A stretch of DNA of 41,014 bases, taken from assembly GCF_001194135.2 (NCBI RefSeq), contig NC_068985.1, positions 53,147,757 through 53,188,770 of the forward strand. The letters run 5' to 3'. The stretch comes from Octopus bimaculoides. Lineage: Eukaryota. Under the pieces are notes generated by a model. It saw only the letters and a list, made by a program, of their open reading frames with translations, did not search any database and was not told where the DNA came from. Within the stretch, counting starts at the first letter, position 1, and each line of letters opens with the position of its first letter. Positions 36,478 to 41,014 of this stretch are shown one piece after another. Position numbers and translations under genes: made by a program.

Positions 36478-36694
36478 CAAGGGGTGCTGAAAAGTTCCTG
36501 GCTTTGGGTAAAAGAAAATACAGGAGGATCAGTTAATTATGATTTTATTTAGCATATTCCCCTCTCAGAATCACACACTTATTGCAGTGGTCCTTCAGTT
36601 TTTTTCAGTCTTGTAAAAGAACTAAGAAGGTTGGTCCTCCAGCCAGGCCTTTTGCAGTACTCTTAAAGCCAGGAATTTTTCATCACCCCACTCA
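36478..36694 (-). mobile_element. Second copy of the mariner MITE, inverted
   Basis: ggggtgctgaaaagttcctggc ... gccaggaatttttcatcacccc. Interior is the reverse complement of 25673-25870. Confidence 0.85.
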
Positions 36695-36769
36695 TATTAG
36701 ATTTCTTCATTGATGTTGGTAATAATGAATGACTGAAGTAAAATTTATAGATGGTGTAAGGGACACAAC

Positions 36770-37140
36770 AATCATGATGATGGAAGTAGTAGTGATGAAA
36801 ATGGTGGTATTAATGATGGCAGCACTAGGGATTACAATGGTGATTGTAATGATAATGATAGTGGTAGTAAAAACGATGACGGTAATGTGGTGGTGATGAT
36901 GACGAATGGTTGCAATGGTGATGATGAGTGGTGATGGTTGTGATGGTGGTGATGATGAGTGGTTGTGATGACAATGGTGGTGATGGCTGAAATGATAATA
37001 AATCTTGCAATAATGGTGGTAGTGACTCCAAGGATGGTTGTGCTTGCACTGATGATAGTGGTGGTGGTGATGACGCTAAGATGGTGGTGATTGTCATGGT
37101 TGCAGTGGTGGTAGTAGTGCTGATGATGGTGATGGCACAA
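36770..37140. repeat. Degenerate (GGT/GAT)n trinucleotide low-complexity tract
   Basis: Visible triplet periodicity. It produces spurious poly-His/Thr ORFs. Confidence 0.9.
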
Positions 37141-37328
37141 AAGTAATTAAACTAAGCCAAGAAAGAAATAAGAAATGAAAACTTGCAATACATTTAATGC
37201 AGCACAAACAAAAGTAGGTAGCATATATTTAAAAAAAACCTTATCAAGGAAGATTATTATTATTATTATTATTATAAAACTTGGGGTTACAATAAAGTAA
37301 TATAAAAACAAATGTTAAAAAAACTTAC

Positions 37329-37433
37329 TTTATTAGAAGGATGGTTGAATATTGATAAGGAGTCCGGTGTTATGAAAGGTCCTTCAACAAGATTTAACTC
37401 AAGAGACTGGCTTATCATTCCTCGCAGCCGCGA
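37329..37433 (-). CDS. NUP210: NUP210 internal exon (first seen in window), phase 0-0, SRLRGMISQSLELNLVEGPFITPDSLSIFNHPSNK
   Basis: Acceptor ttttttag, donor gtaagt, 105 nt open. Resembles human NUP210 [23 protein letters not shown] (from memory). Confidence 0.88.
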
Positions 37434-37551
37434 CTAAAAAAACAATATGTATATATTCAGGTACATAAGTTAGAAATATTATGTACATGTACAACTAAGA
37501 TTTAGAATTACAGCCGGATATTTTCTATAATTATTAATACAGGTGTAGGAG

Positions 37552-37945
37552 TGGTTGTGTGGTAAGTAGCTCGCTTACCAACCACATGGTTCCGGGTTCA
37601 TTCCCACTGCGTGACACCTTGGGCAAGTGTCTTCTACTATAGCCTCAGGCCGACCAAAGCTTTGTGGGTGGATTTGGTAGACGGAAACTGAAAGAAGCCC
37701 GTCGTATATATGTATATATGTATGTGTGTGTGTGTTTATGTTTGTGTGTCTGTGTTTGTCCCCCCAACGTCGCTTGACAACCGATGGTGGTGTGTTTATG
37801 TCCCCGTAACTTAGCGGTTCAGCAAAAGAGACCGATAGAATAAGCACTAGGCTTTCAAAGAATAAGTCCTGGGGTCGATTTGGTCGACTAAAGGCGGTGC
37901 TCCAGCATGGCTGCAGTCAAATAACTGAAACAAGTAAAAGAAAAG
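37552..37945 (+). mobile_element. Full-length tRNA-derived SINE (octopus-type) with central (TA/TG)n and (AAAAG)n tail
   Basis: A-box-like gtggttgtgtggtaag, B-box-like ggttcattccc, body shared with at least 6 other copies in the window. Confidence 0.88.
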
Positions 37946-39124
37946 AAAAGAAAGAAGAATACCAAAGAGAAAAGTTACTGAAAAGAAAAAAACTGAGTAT
38001 GTTCATTCAAAGTAACAAAGATTTTTTCTCACTCACCCTAACAACATTTGTTTTTCCAGTCTAAAACCGTTCATGCAAATACATATTAAGTGTGTGGCAA
38101 CTGAACAATTTTCCTGTTGCTTAGCCTTGTGTTTTTCAAGTAATGAATATTTTTTCCCCTATTCTACTCATCTTTGAAAGTGCAGAGCAACAAGATGAGT
38201 AGTCAACAGGGAATATCAACAAATGTCACCACTTTATTTTTGCTTAATGATGGAATGAAACTTGATAATTGATGATGACATATGTGTCATCATGATCATC
38301 ATTGTTTAATATCTATGCTTCTTGCTGGTATAGGTTGTACAGTTTGACAGAGTCCAAAAGGGTTGCACCATCTTCTATTGTCTATTTTGGCATGATTTCT
38401 ATAGCTGGGTGCCATCCTAACACCAACAACTTTACAGTATGTATGGAATATTATTTTACGTGGAACCAGCACTAGTAAGGCCAACGTGCTGCTTGCAAGA
38501 TTATGAACGCTGAGAGAAATAGCTTTATGCGTGGCAATCAGGGTTTAACATATGGAAGAGAAGCCAGAGCAGAACAGGTTTCTTGTTGTAGAAGGGGCTA
38601 CGTAACTACACACAGTTTAGAAGGGTAAAGGTGATCAGGGTGGAGCTGAGAAGAGATAAAAATAGTAATGATGTTTTGGTGGACCAAATGATGCTAAGAT
38701 GGAGAGGTAGAGAAAAGAAGAGGTGACAACTGGAGAGAATGGGTATGGTTAGGGGTGGATGTACTGAATGGTGTATAAGGATGGTAGGATGGCCAATGAT
38801 GCAAAGGGATGAACAACAGCAGAATAGTAAAGATGATGCAGTAAACTGGGGAAGGATGATAGCTCACTCCCTCTCTCAAAATATATATACATATATATAT
38901 TAGTCAATTCAAATAAATGAATAAAATTAACAGACAAGAGGACATGCACAAGAATTGTATTAGCTTGATGCTCAATGAAATGAGAGACTTTAATGTTTCA
39001 AGCATAGCTCTTCATCAGAGGGGAGAAAGAGAAAAGCCCAAAGGAAAAGAAATTACCAACAGCACAGACCTGAAATAGAAAGAGATAGAGAAAGTGGTTT
39101 TTTGGGATAGGAGAGTTAGAAGAT

Positions 39125-39125
<1 letters not shown>

Positions 39126-39184
<59 letters not shown>

Positions 39185-39421
39185 NNNNNNNNNNNNNNNN
39201 NNNNNNNNNNNNNNNNNNNNNNNNNNNNNNNNNNNNNNNNNNNNNNNNNNNNNNNNNNNNNNNNNNNNNNNNNNNNNNNNNNNNNNNNNNNNNNNNNNNN
39301 NNNNNNNNNNNNNNNNNNNNNNNNNNNNNNNNNNNNNNNNNNNNNNNNNNNNNNNNNNNNNNNNNNNNNNNNNNNNNNNNNNNNNNNNNNNNNNNNNNNN
39401 NNNNNNNNNNNNNNNNNNNNN

Positions 39422-39462
<41 letters not shown>
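39126..39462. repeat. (GT)n and (GA)n microsatellites flanking an N gap
   Basis: Direct reading. Similar gap-flanking tracts: (TA)n at 2375-2394, 3300-3320, 15687-15722 and (CA)n at 16758-16815. Confidence 0.95.
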
Positions 39463-39463
<1 letters not shown>

Positions 39464-39680
39464 CATGTGTGTATGAGTCAACTAGCAGGTGTTTGATTCA
39501 GTCAAAGGAGATGAAGAATGTGTCAGTGGGTACACACACACACACAGCTGTTATGCAATACCTCAATAATATGTATTCATCTAACACATGCTAGCATGAA
39601 AAATGGTAAAATAAAAACAACGAATAAATCTGTGATGGTGAAGCCATTTATGGGCTAGACTATATATATATATATATATA

Positions 39681-40545
39681 TCATCATTTAACGTCCATTG
39701 TCCATGCTAGCATGGGCTGGACGGTTTCACAGGCTGGTCTGCTGAAAGGCTGTGCCAGGCTCCCGTCTGATTTGGCATAATTTTCTACAGATGGATGCCC
39801 TTCTTAACACTAACCACTCCAAGAGTGTAATAGGTGCTTTACGTGCCACTGACATGGGTGCCATTTGCATGACACCAGTATTTACCACAACTGCAACTAT
39901 GCTTGGCTTGATGGGTCTTCTCAAGCACAACAGTGCCAAAGGTCTTGGTCATTGCCTCCATGAGGCCCAACACTCAAAAGGAACTCAGCCACTTTGCCTC
40001 CCTCAGGTCCAATGTTCAAAGGTTGATTTTTTATGTGCCACCAGCATAGGTGCACTTGGCTTGACGGGTCTTCTTAAGCAGAGCATATCACCAAAGGTCT
40101 TGGTCACTAGTCATTCTCTCTGTGAGGTTCAAAGTTCAAAGCTCATGCTTCACCACCTTGTTCCGTACCTTCCTGGGTCTACCTTTACCACAGGTTCCCT
40201 CCACATTTAGAGATTGGCACTTCTTTACACAGCTGTCCTCGTCCATACGCATCACCTGACCATACCAGCACAGTCATCTCTCTTGCACACCACATTTAAT
40301 TCCTCTTATGCCTAACTTTTCTCTCAAGATGCTTACACTCTGTCAAGCATGCACATCTTGCAAAGTATACTGGCTTCATTTCTCTCAAGCCTACGCATGT
40401 CCTCGGCTGCCATAGCCCATGTTTCACTGCCATGCAGTATAACTGTTCACAAACAGGCATCAATCTGCCTTTCACTTGAGAGGGAGGCCCTCTGTTGCCA
40501 GCAGGGATAGGAGCTCTCTAAACTTTGCCCAACCTAATCTTATTC
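39681..40545 (-). mobile_element. RTE LINE 3' portion (ORF end, 3'UTR, tail)
   Basis: Minus strand reads LHGSETWAMAAEDMRRLERNEASIL...LGIRGIKCGVQER...WYGQVMRMDEDSCVKKC...EGTCGKGRPRK. Tail abuts (TA)n. Confidence 0.88.
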
Positions 40546-40557
40546 TCACATTCATAC

Positions 40558-40598
<41 letters not shown>

Positions 40599-40782
40599 GG
40601 TAAAAAGTTACATGGGAAGACTGAAGAACCATTCAGGAAACATCACACAAAGAACATGGACAAGCTCTCTCTCCCACACACTGCTGCTTTGGAACTAAAG
40701 CTGATGATGATAAAGCGCCGAGCATGTGTTGGGAGGTAGACAGTGACACAAAACTAATTCCAACACTAATGCTACTACATAT

Positions 40783-41014
40783 TCATCATCATCATCATCA
40801 TCGTTTAACGTCCGCTTTCCATGCTAGCATGGGTTGGACGATTTGACTGAGGACTGGTGAAACCGGATGGCAACACCAGGCTCCAGTCTGATTTGGCAGA
40901 GTTTCTACAGCTGGATGCCCTTCCTAACGCCAACCACTCAGAGAGTGTAGTGGGTGCTTTTACGTGTCACCCGCACGAAAACGGCCACGCTCGAAATGGT
41001 GTCTTTTATGTGCC
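40783..41014 (-). mobile_element. Young RTE 3'-tail copy running off the window edge
   Basis: (cat)n-cgtttaacgtccgctttccatgctagcatggg... Confidence 0.88.

Noticed and set aside
36825-37140. His/Thr-rich ORFs
   Set aside because: They are translations of a (GGT/GAT)n low-complexity tract and do not fit the NUP210 exon chain.
38037-38100. Possible further upstream NUP210 exon ending at gg|gtgagt
   Set aside because: No frame gives recognisable NUP210 similarity together with the required phase 0 end.
39040-39095. Strong acceptor-like tract ctctttctatttcag on the minus strand
   Set aside because: It belongs to a CT-rich repeat next to the hammerhead-like relic, with no NUP210-like frame or donor following.

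Overview
AT-rich, microsatellite- and transposon-dense eukaryotic genomic DNA with nine N-gaps. The SINE and RTE repeat families look like those of octopus; this is an inference and no search was run. The window holds the central-to-C-terminal part of one minus-strand gene, NUP210 (gp210, nuclear pore membrane glycoprotein). I reconstructed 18 GT-AG exons by hand between 37433 and 1854. They total 2278 nt (759 codons plus 1 nt), every phase is compatible, and the peptide follows human NUP210 (recalled from memory) in order. The start, TM segment and stop lie outside the window. The introns contain TE relics: Helitron, RTE and RTE-X LINEs, Penelope, Tigger, pogo, maT/Tc1-like, hAT, mariner and piggyBac-like MITEs, tRNA-SINEs and many RTE 3' tails. 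The long ORFs in the supplied track are artefacts of reading through N. I see no convincing new biological system. The best leads are an unexplained 57% GC, CpG-rich 300-bp insert, a decayed Penelope-type hammerhead core, an in-frame RT-deleted RTE, and orientation-biased young RTE tails that form inverted pairs in the pre-mRNA.
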